A stretch of DNA of 64,000 nt from a virus. The DNA is taken from positions 1 to 64,000 of IMG/VR virus record IMGVR_UViG_3300021964_007165; one strand, written 5' to 3'. Position numbers and translations under genes: made by a program. Positions within the stretch are counted from its first letter, which is position 1. Every line of letters starts with the position of its first letter. Under the pieces are notes generated by a model. It ran no database searches. It was not told the DNA's origin and saw only the letters and a list, made by a program, of their open reading frames with translations. This document shows positions 55,796-64,000 of this stretch, piece by piece.

Positions 55796-58720
55796 TTATG
55801 TAACTGTTATGGTATTCCACATACTCAAATGGTTTGTACATTGATAACCATATGATCCTGCACCATCTATTGCAGTTTCCCAAACTTGAGCACCATTTTT
55901 GACTGTAACCCCTGTAACTTGATTTGCATCGCCGATTGATTGTGTTGTTTTGATACGCAATGGATGTAACGCCGCGGTAATTGAATGAGTCCAAAATCTA
56001 ACTATATCTCCATTATTAAATGCTAAAGTAGGTTGACTAACATTTACACCGATATTGCCGTTTCTGTCACTACCGGTCAAATAGTAATTTTCTCCGTTAT
56101 TGTAAAAGTACACATCAAAAATTTTACTATTGGCTACCCTTTCTCTATGTTCAAATACTGTCCTACCATGTAGAGGAAAATATGCTCGTCTATTAGGACC
56201 GCCTATAACACTATCCGTGTCAGTATAATCATCGTCCAATGATGTAATGTGTAAATCTGTTTTAGAATTTTTTATAAACCAATTTTTAACCTGAGCAGGT
56301 GTCCAGTCTGGATGTGCTTGTAACATACAGGCCATCATGCCTACCATCTGTGGTGCCGCCATAGAAGTGCCTGAATATTTGGCTTGACGCCAAGCACTAT
56401 CCGCAAAGTAAGTTGAACCTTGATTGTTGGGCTGGGCACTTATTACCTGTCTACCTACAGTGTATATTTCTACTGCTGGTCCTGTATCACTGAAGTTTGC
56501 TTTGCGGTTAATACGAGCCCCATTGCTTGGTACATCAACTTGATATCCTGATTCTCCTGCTTGACTTGGATCGTCCTGTGCTGGTGTATTGCCATCTTGG
56601 AATATGCTTCTAATTGTTGCAAGTGATGGTTTACTAATAACTGGTGCAATGTACGTGTTGTGGAAAGCATAACCTAATGGGTTATTTGCTTGAATGCCTG
56701 CTTGGGTACGCATACTGTCTGACCACTCTGGAGCAAGACTTCCACCGTCCCATAATTCTGTGTATTCAAACATACAGAAGTTTAGTAGGAACAAGTATTC
56801 TTTTGCGGCTACTTCAAATGCATCTGCGTTTGTCTTCCAATCATCTGGATTTTCTTGATAACCTGATGGATCCCAGAACCCGCCGTCAAATGCTTCTTCC
56901 ATTGCGGCATACAAATCACCTGTCTGCCAGTCAGCGGCTAAGAAACTATATAATTTTATATCATCTGCAGGTAACCCGTGCATGTGTAGTGTGTGGAATA
57001 CGTGTTCAATAACTTCTTGTGCGTCTATATCACCGTCGCCATAGCCATCACCTGTTGAGTTCAAATACCAAACCATATCATTAGCAACGTGAGTGTCAAA
57101 CAAGTTAGTTAGGTTCCAACTAATAACACCTGCGTCAGTTAAGAAGTTTGGAGTATAATCTGCTCCTGCACCTCTTGCTACTCGTTGTAGTGTTGGTAAG
57201 CCTGCGTGATAAGTTCCTGTGTCACCACTTAGTGTTTTTATTAAGTTTCTTTGATATATTTCGTTAATACCTGCGCCATTTGGATCTGTAAACAATTCAA
57301 ACATACGTGCTACTTTTTCTAACCACGCATCTGGAACTGCTGTTTGTCCACCCACTGTGCCAGCACCCATAACTCTTACACCATTAACAGTAACTTCTCG
57401 TTTAAAGAAATCGCTACCATCGCCAGTAACATTAATGATTGCACCATTGTTATATTCATTATCTAATGCACCAGATTTAGTATTGTCAGAAGCATCAATA
57501 GCACCAACTTCAAAACCTGCATTGATATCACCTACTGGATTTGATAGCGTAGGGTTATAAGTATCTCCACCTTCAAAGGTTGAAGGTGATTTTCCTCTAT
57601 GATAATATTGATAATAGTTACTTCCGCTGAGATTAAATGTTATAAAATTGTTATAATCCGGACCTCCTGGATGATCGATTTTCATATAATTGTTTCCTGC
57701 GGCAGTACAAACATGGATTCCAGCGGAAATTAGTTGTTCAACATCTGCATCGATAAATGCGTATTTTCTGCCAAACATATAATATCCAGCACCAAAATCA
57801 GGACGAAAAGTACCAACTACTCCGTATTGTGTTAGATTAGATCGAACAGTGTCTGTATGATCAGTCCCTCTATAATTTCCGCCAGTAACATCATATCCAG
57901 TTGAAGAAAGTACGACTTGATTTGGAGTAACTGAAGTGTTAAGAAACCAACTGTATTGAAAACTCATGTTTACCACAGTAGGTCTACTTCCGTTTTTAGC
58001 ATTGTGCCAACCTATCAAACAATCAATCATATTATTCCAACTTATATTATTATTTGCATTTGAATACAGTGTGATGTTGTAAATTCTTGCGTTCTTGGCC
58101 CAACCAAAGTTTTTACCTGCCATAGTACCTATGCAGTGTGTTCCGTGACCATTTGTGTCTGTGTAGAAGTTTGCAGGTTGTGTGCCTGAGACTCCTGATT
58201 CTGTGAACCAATTAATTTTTTGCAGTCTTGAAACACCATCAGCATCTTCCCATTCAGGATGCCCGTCTTGTATGCCCGTATCAACTATAACTACATCTAC
58301 ACCGGTGCCATCAAGGGCGTAGTTGTAATCGCCCATGCCCGGGTCACTGTTAAGACCTTGATATGGATTGTATTCAGAAGTATGTAATTTAAGTCCCCAA
58401 TTAGCCTGTGCCCCTGTTGCAGTAGATGTCCTGTTAAAATCTCCTACAAAATTTGCAGTAGGTGTAGGTTCAGGAACATCGTTAATATCCTGCACATCTA
58501 TAATCCTTGGATCATTTCTCAATTGATTTGCTTCAGCATCTGTGAGATGATAGTGAGTGTTCCTTTTGTTGAGTGGGCGTTCGTTACAACATTCACAGGC
58601 TCTGTCTGGTATGATGTTGGAATCTACAGCATCATCAGTGCTGGTATCGTTGATTATGTCTGCGTGTACTTCACGCCAATCAACATCTTTTCTAACTGTT
58701 ACAACGTATTCTTTTTCCAT
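55796..58720 (-). CDS. S8 (subtilisin-like) serine protease with large inserted domain and C-terminal cupredoxin-like domain
   Basis: VDTG, HGTH, AAGN, GTSMAAP; C-terminal HP...YQCTNH.SM. Confidence 0.85.
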   Translation of the reverse strand: MEKEYVVTVRKDVDWREVHADIINDTSTDDAVDSNIIPDRACECCNERPLNKRNTHYHLTDAEANQLRNDPRIIDVQDINDVPEPTPTANFVGDFNRTSTATGAQANWGLKLHTSEYNPYQGLNSDPGMGDYNYALDGTGVDVVIVDTGIQDGHPEWEDADGVSRLQKINWFTESGVSGTQPANFYTDTNGHGTHCIGTMAGKNFGWAKNARIYNITLYSNANNNISWNNMIDCLIGWHNAKNGSRPTVVNMSFQYSWFLNTSVTPNQVVLSSTGYDVTGGNYRGTDHTDTVRSNLTQYGVVGTFRPDFGAGYYMFGRKYAFIDADVEQLISAGIHVCTAAGNNYMKIDHPGGPDYNNFITFNLSGSNYYQYYHRGKSPSTFEGGDTYNPTLSNPVGDINAGFEVGAIDASDNTKSGALDNEYNNGAIINVTGDGSDFFKREVTVNGVRVMGAGTVGGQTAVPDAWLEKVARMFELFTDPNGAGINEIYQRNLIKTLSGDTGTYHAGLPTLQRVARGAGADYTPNFLTDAGVISWNLTNLFDTHVANDMVWYLNSTGDGYGDGDIDAQEVIEHVFHTLHMHGLPADDIKLYSFLAADWQTGDLYAAMEEAFDGGFWDPSGYQENPDDWKTNADAFEVAAKEYLFLLNFCMFEYTELWDGGSLAPEWSDSMRTQAGIQANNPLGYAFHNTYIAPVISKPSLATIRSIFQDGNTPAQDDPSQAGESGYQVDVPSNGARINRKANFSDTGPAVEIYTVGRQVISAQPNNQGSTYFADSAWRQAKYSGTSMAAPQMVGMMACMLQAHPDWTPAQVKNWFIKNSKTDLHITSLDDDYTDTDSVIGGPNRRAYFPLHGRTVFEHRERVANSKIFDVYFYNNGENYYLTGSDRNGNIGVNVSQPTLAFNNGDIVRFWTHSITAALHPLRIKTTQSIGDANQVTGVTVKNGAQVWETAIDGAGSYGYQCTNHLSMWNTITVT

Positions 58721-58727
58721 TTATATA

Positions 58728-60596
58728 CTACGAGACAATGGCTCTGTCACTGACTCTTCTCCAATTTGTTCCATCGTAAAAAGCAGGTATAGCGCCGCCC
58801 GATTCATCTGTACAAAATACCATTGCACCCACTGACGATACCAATGAACCTAATTGTGTAACTGTTTTGTTAACCAACTTCATAGGAGCATCGTTAATAA
58901 TTTCGTTAGTAGGATCAAGTGTGATAGTTGTTGGTGATGAAATAGTATATGTGCCTGTTAGAGTAGAAGGTGCTTGAATTGTTTCTACTTCAATATTAGT
59001 TACTGTAAGTGTATCTGTGGTTTTATTATATGTAAATCCAGCATCGCCGCCAAATGCACCACCGTCATTAAATTGAACCTGTGTATCTGTTCCGCCGGGC
59101 GTGCCAGTGCCGCCACCGCCTGATGAAGCAAAAGTTATTGTTCTATTTGTTGCCGATGTTGTAATCGTCATACCAGTGCCAGCAATAAGTTCTATACTGT
59201 CTAATGTGCTTTCAGCGCCAATTGTACTTTGTCCTGCTACAGTAAACTCTGCAAAAATATTTTGATCTTCGTTTGGTGATGTGTTTGTAATTGTTAGTGT
59301 ATCACCGACAATGGTTGTACTCACACCACTACCTACAATATTAAAAGTATCAGTTGCTGTATCTGCTGTTGTAGTACCAGTCTCAGCACTCATTGTTGCA
59401 AATAAATTCTGCGGAGTCACTGCTGAATCTACATATGCTTTAATAGCACTTTGAGTTGCAAGTCTTGTTCCACTGTTTGCTGTGAATGTACTGTCATTGT
59501 CAATATTGTTTACTGTAACCGCACTACTGTCAAAATTCAAACTTGTTATTGATGTAAGTACTGCATCAGTAAGTGTGTTTGTAAATGTAAACGATCCTGA
59601 GCCATCTGTCTTTAAAAATTGATTTGCAGTTCCATCTGTCACGCCTACGTCAGTAAGTGTGGTAGGAGAATCAGTAATTCCATATCCTGCAAGTGTAGTT
59701 GGTTTATTTTGAATATCTGAAAAGTTAGGTTGATTAGTTGAGTTAATCCAACTTAATCCATCATAATATAATATTTGTCCACTTGTTGGTGATGATATAC
59801 TAACATCATTTAAATTTGTTATAGCATATGTAGGTTTATTTGTAGCATTGTTGAAATCTAAAAAGTATGCACTATCAAATCCATCAAGCGTGTCGGCGTC
59901 CAACCCCGAACCACCGGATGTAATATCATCTGCAGGAGCCCATTTAATTCCGTCCCATTTCAAAACTTGTCCTGTTCGTGGAGGTGTTGACTGTGTATCA
60001 ACATCTACCATGTCGCTAATATCGTTTGGAATAATCGGTTTGTTGCTTAAATCATTATAACTACCTGTGGTTGCTACTGTTGCAAGACTTGGTCTACCAG
60101 TTAGTTCTGTATAGGCTACTGCACTGTTTACCCAAGCAGTGCCATTGTATTTTAAAACTTGTGTGTTGGCTGGAGCAACAAGTGTTACATCTGTGAGTCC
60201 GTCAAGTGCAGTAGCACCTCCTCCACCTCCTCCAGATCCTACGCCAGTTGCTTCAATAGTAAGAGTATTTGCTCCGTCATTGTACACTAAATTAATACCT
60301 GTACCGGCTACAAGCAGATTAGCAATACGATCGTCAACACGTTCATTGCTAAAATATAATTTTGTGCCTTCTACAATGTCGTCTGTGTTTACTGGAATAG
60401 TTGGAGTACCTATTAGATCAGCATACTGACCACTGAAAGGATTATATAGTACTCCTGCGATTGTTAAACTTGTTGCAGAAATATTACCAGCACCAACGAT
60501 ACCAGATCCTGTTAAATTTAAATTATCACCGATGGGTAATTCTTTTAACTTATTACCGTCATCTATGTCTACTATTAGTGGTATTCTATCTGCCAT
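58728..60596 (-). CDS. tail fibre protein
   Basis: L.DV...GQVLKWDG..W repeats, VQFNDGG.FGG, G/T/S-rich; TATAAATA at 60614-60621. Confidence 0.75.
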   Translation of the reverse strand: MADRIPLIVDIDDGNKLKELPIGDNLNLTGSGIVGAGNISATSLTIAGVLYNPFSGQYADLIGTPTIPVNTDDIVEGTKLYFSNERVDDRIANLLVAGTGINLVYNDGANTLTIEATGVGSGGGGGGATALDGLTDVTLVAPANTQVLKYNGTAWVNSAVAYTELTGRPSLATVATTGSYNDLSNKPIIPNDISDMVDVDTQSTPPRTGQVLKWDGIKWAPADDITSGGSGLDADTLDGFDSAYFLDFNNATNKPTYAITNLNDVSISSPTSGQILYYDGLSWINSTNQPNFSDIQNKPTTLAGYGITDSPTTLTDVGVTDGTANQFLKTDGSGSFTFTNTLTDAVLTSITSLNFDSSAVTVNNIDNDSTFTANSGTRLATQSAIKAYVDSAVTPQNLFATMSAETGTTTADTATDTFNIVGSGVSTTIVGDTLTITNTSPNEDQNIFAEFTVAGQSTIGAESTLDSIELIAGTGMTITTSATNRTITFASSGGGGTGTPGGTDTQVQFNDGGAFGGDAGFTYNKTTDTLTVTNIEVETIQAPSTLTGTYTISSPTTITLDPTNEIINDAPMKLVNKTVTQLGSLVSSVGAMVFCTDESGGAIPAFYDGTNWRRVSDRAIVS

Positions 60597-60616
60597 TTTG
60601 TTTTCCTATACTATAT

Positions 60617-61057
60617 TTATAGCGCCGCTATCCTTGTTTGGAAGTCAGCAAAGTCTATACTTGCCGCTACCTCTGTTTTTAATGTTGCTAAACTAACATA
60701 TCCTGGTATTGTGCTATTCACACCATCTACTAATAGTGTGCTGTCATCACCGAATACACTGCCAGTGATATCACCATCAACTGTACCTGTATGTGTTCCT
60801 ACTGTATTGTTGTTAAGTGTTCCGCTGATTACTGCCGCTGGAATGATAGCATTAACAGCATCAACTAAGAGCGTTGAATCATCTGCAAAAATGCTTCCTT
60901 GCGTATCCTGTACTTGTGCAATTTGTCCATTTTCAAGAACAGTAACTTTACCATAAAGTTCTGTAAAATTATCATTGACTTTGCCAAACGCTGTGCGGAT
61001 TGGATCACCGTCTCCTTTGTTAGCACTTGATCCAATGTTTATAGTTCTTTGTGCCAT
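60617..61057 (-). CDS. baseplate/tail protein (gp9/gp10 N-terminal-like) with GS(I/V)F.DDSTLLVD repeats
   Basis: NIGSSANKGDGDPIRTAFGKVNDNFTELY. Confidence 0.7.
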   Translation of the reverse strand: MAQRTINIGSSANKGDGDPIRTAFGKVNDNFTELYGKVTVLENGQIAQVQDTQGSIFADDSTLLVDAVNAIIPAAVISGTLNNNTVGTHTGTVDGDITGSVFGDDSTLLVDGVNSTIPGYVSLATLKTEVAASIDFADFQTRIAAL

Positions 61058-63999
61058 TATACTCTCCCTACCACTGCTTCAATTGTGCCGTATCCGGGAT
61101 CGTCTTTGGCTTGTAATGCTTTACCAATTACTGTTCCAACTTTTGCATTGTTGTCTACTATTGCATATCCTGGAATACTTGCTGAAACTAACAAGTCTCC
61201 TTTCTTAGCAATACCTACAACATTTACAGGAACTCTACCCTGTAATGCAATCGCTGTAACAAAATCGCCCTCTGCACCTGCGTTCATTAAGTAACCAGGT
61301 TTTTCTGAAACAACACCTGCTACTCTTGTATCGCCTTTTAATTTAGTTACTGTTACTTCTTGCTCCCCACCAAATATTAAAACACTACCTACTTCATATG
61401 TAGCATCTGCAAGATAGTTCTCAGCCAAGTCAGCGTATAATGCTGTGTTTGCTTGAGCACTTGTTGAAATAGCATATATATTTTGGAAACGTTTTGTCGC
61501 ACTACCTAAATCATAAACATCTGTTTCTCCTGGAAGAGTTGCTGTGTTTGTTACAGTAAGTCTATTTGTACCACCAGTAATGAATCCAATTTGATCTGCA
61601 CTTGTGAAACCTGTATTTGCACCAATTCCAATACCAGTTGAATTATTATCATTTTCATCTGGTGCTTCAATAAATGATGTATAAGTCCAATCAGCCGCCA
61701 AGTAGTTTTCGCCTGCCAACGCACTGTTAGACTGGAATGTACTTTCTGCAGATTTAGCATTACCAATATTCAAATTACCTGACATATTATTGTTGGTAAC
61801 TCCACCACCTGTTGTCTGTGAACTCAAGAACAGTGTTGCACTTGGGTTAGTAAAGTTAACCGTTGTGCCTGAAGTATCAATAATTCTTGCACTGTCAACT
61901 TCCAACGCCTGTACATTAATAGATCCATCTGTATGTGTCTTAACAATAGCACTTGGTGCACCAATAGTAGTAAATGTACCTCCACTGTTTACAATAGTTG
62001 AGAAAGGAATAGCACTTACATCACCTGTGGCGCTATCACCTTGTGCTCTACCAATTACACTATCGTCTGGAATGTTTGCTAATTTTTCAATTGGTAGTTG
62101 ACCATCATCAATACTAATAAAACCGTTCGTGCTACTAAACACAACACTATCAAATACTGCAAGACCCAAGTTACCTTGAACAATTCCTGCGGCAGTTGCT
62201 CTTACACCAGCGGCTTGCATATTAAGTTTACTTTGTGCAATCTGTGCCGCGGCATTTACATCTGCATTTACAATACTTCCATCTGCAATTCCTGTTGCTA
62301 CAGTTTTGTCAACAGCATTGTAAGTAAATTCAAAATATCCTGTTGGTGTAGCAGTATCCCAATTTGTTCCAGTCCATACTAAGATATCATTTGTATCTCT
62401 TGTGCCATTAGCACCTGTACCATACATTAATGATTCACCAAAAGGCGTTCTACCATCTACATAACGCTTGTTAGTTGCATCAAATGGATCACCTGGATCT
62501 CCTAATGCTGTAAGATTATTATTTGCAAAACTAATATTTTGACTCGGTGATGTTGATCCGTCTCGTGCTAAGAAACCAGCACCAATTGGATTAGAAACTG
62601 CAAGTGATGTTTCGTCAACACCTAAGCGTCTATTGATGTAACCACGCACTGCTGATTCAGTTGGTACTGAGTCAACTGCGTTATCAGTCATTCCGTCATC
62701 ACTTGAGAATTCAGTAATAACAACACCACGTTTAAATCCAATACCGTCCAAGTTACTCAAAGCAATACTTGCCGCAAATGTTACTCGTCCAGTACCTTGG
62801 TCAACTGTGAAGAATCTACCAACACGGAAGAAACCATCTTGGTCAGTACTTACGTAGAACACTCTACCTTTGTCTCGTTCTTGTACTTCGTTAGCCTGTT
62901 GTGGTTCTTGCGGAGCACCAAAAATTTTACTTGGATAGTTGGAAGTATTAAATCCTCCTGATCCAATATCATTAAAGTCATGTCCTGTTGCTCTTGCTAC
63001 AGAAATATTAACTGTTAGTCCTGCGTTTTCATTTCCATCAAGACCAACACGTAGCGTGATTGCATCTGCACTTGCTACTGGACTATTCAATCCGGAGGCC
63101 ACAACTGTGTCACCTAAAGCCGCATCGTTAATGTCGTTCACATCTTCAATAGTGATAAGTCCGTGATCTGTTTGGTCTGAGTAACTTAAAATTCTGTGTA
63201 CTTTACCATCCCATCCAAACAACATATCGCCATTGTTAAGTCTGTTAATTTCTGATTGCTCAGTCAATCTTGTTACAGCAACAACAGTATCGCCTTGTGT
63301 GCCTCCCTGTGTGCCGCCGCCGCCATTAACATCAGATACCTTTGTTTGATCTACAATCAATCTAATATAATCATAATTAGAATCAAATGTAACCAACTGT
63401 TGGTTAGCACCTGGAAGAGCATTACCTACTGCATCAGTACTGTTAAATGCGATAGTTCTATATGTAAAGTCGTCTTGCTCATCAAACACAATAGCAGTTG
63501 ATGGTCTAATAACTGCTACATCATCTAAATTATCAAATACAAAATTTTGTAATTGTCTAATAGTTACTTTTTGGTTATTTGTTAATGCTGTTGCTAAACC
63601 TTCATTACCTGTAATGTTAAGTTTATAAATTGTGCCATCTCGAGAAGCACCAGCAATATCTGCAAATGATGTAGTCTGAATACTTGCTACTTCGTATCTT
63701 ATAATGCCTGTAGTTCCGCCATGATCAATTTCAAGTTCTGATACGTTGGTTGGAATATAATCAACATCGTAAACGTAAACAATATTTTTTCCTGCTTCGT
63801 TTAGAGCGTCAACTCCGTTGTCGTAAACACGAGCATTCTGTACCATTTTCTCAACAAGAGTAATTTGATCAATGACTTCGTTTGGATCCGAACCTGCCGC
63901 AACCAAACCATAGTTACCATTTGAGTTAGAACCGTTTAGTGATCTAATTTGTGAACCGTTGTTGGCCATATATGCCGCATGACAGTAGTACGTAAATGT
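61057..63999 (-). CDS. large tail/virion protein, C-terminal part with intramolecular-chaperone-like end (truncated by window edge)
   Basis: frame open to window end; STDQDG.FRVG; C-terminal YADLAENY...GVVS..P...ALQGRVP.....KGD.LV...IGKAL. Confidence 0.75.
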   Translation of the reverse strand, partial: TFTYYCHAAYMANNGSQIRSLNGSNSNGNYGLVAAGSDPNEVIDQITLVEKMVQNARVYDNGVDALNEAGKNIVYVYDVDYIPTNVSELEIDHGGTTGIIRYEVASIQTTSFADIAGASRDGTIYKLNITGNEGLATALTNNQKVTIRQLQNFVFDNLDDVAVIRPSTAIVFDEQDDFTYRTIAFNSTDAVGNALPGANQQLVTFDSNYDYIRLIVDQTKVSDVNGGGGTQGGTQGDTVVAVTRLTEQSEINRLNNGDMLFGWDGKVHRILSYSDQTDHGLITIEDVNDINDAALGDTVVASGLNSPVASADAITLRVGLDGNENAGLTVNISVARATGHDFNDIGSGGFNTSNYPSKIFGAPQEPQQANEVQERDKGRVFYVSTDQDGFFRVGRFFTVDQGTGRVTFAASIALSNLDGIGFKRGVVITEFSSDDGMTDNAVDSVPTESAVRGYINRRLGVDETSLAVSNPIGAGFLARDGSTSPSQNISFANNNLTALGDPGDPFDATNKRYVDGRTPFGESLMYGTGANGTRDTNDILVWTGTNWDTATPTGYFEFTYNAVDKTVATGIADGSIVNADVNAAAQIAQSKLNMQAAGVRATAAGIVQGNLGLAVFDSVVFSSTNGFISIDDGQLPIEKLANIPDDSVIGRAQGDSATGDVSAIPFSTIVNSGGTFTTIGAPSAIVKTHTDGSINVQALEVDSARIIDTSGTTVNFTNPSATLFLSSQTTGGGVTNNNMSGNLNIGNAKSAESTFQSNSALAGENYLAADWTYTSFIEAPDENDNNSTGIGIGANTGFTSADQIGFITGGTNRLTVTNTATLPGETDVYDLGSATKRFQNIYAISTSAQANTALYADLAENYLADATYEVGSVLIFGGEQEVTVTKLKGDTRVAGVVSEKPGYLMNAGAEGDFVTAIALQGRVPVNVVGIAKKGDLLVSASIPGYAIVDNNAKVGTVIGKALQAKDDPGYGTIEAVVGRV

Positions 64000-64000
64000 T

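Noticed and set aside
2929-63501. Many + strand ORFs of 60-200 aa antisense to long genes (e.g. 38469-39071, 53548-54033)
   Set aside because: Shadow frames of well-supported minus-strand genes, with no motifs or RBS
1-64000. Stop-codon reassignment
   Set aside because: Conserved genes are full length in code 11, and TAA, TAG and TGA all act as stops
1-64000. tRNA/rRNA genes, integrase or transposase
   Set aside because: None recognised; intergenic gaps are short and lack cloverleaf or T-loop signatures

Overview
A 64-kb segment of a large, AT-rich, tailed dsDNA bacteriophage (Caudoviricetes, distantly T4-like; the gene set suggests an aquatic, proteobacterial host, which is inference). It uses the standard genetic code, is densely packed and is almost entirely on the minus strand. 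In order along the window: (i) a + strand TauD/GNAT/2OG-oxygenase trio and a tail-fibre gene; (ii) a MoxR-like AAA ATPase/VWA-metallopeptidase pair, thermonuclease and RNase H; (iii) a 7-deazaguanine DNA-modification region (folE, queE, a T-fold DpdL/QueD-like gene, a DpdA/TGT-like transglycosylase) interleaved with a glycosyltransferase, PRTase, HIT, cupin, 2OG oxygenase and NDP-sugar epimerase, with no queC in the window; (iv) replication genes (PolB, exonuclease, clamp-like protein, MBD4-like glycosylase); (v) a transglutaminase-like gene behind a GGTGAC-repeat structured leader; (vi) a block of modular, probably head-packaged proteins; (vii) dnaJ-def-clpA, a lysis cassette with two small genes missed by the ORF track, phoH, thyX, dCMP deaminase, ferredoxin, clamp loader, GroES and a stand-alone DnaE fragment; (viii) baseplate/tail genes including a subtilisin with a large inserted domain. 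Two promoter classes are visible (TTGACA-N17-TATAAT and T4-late-like ATAAATA). By eye, the motifs AGCT and GCWGC are strongly avoided. All calls come from motif recognition, with no database searches.
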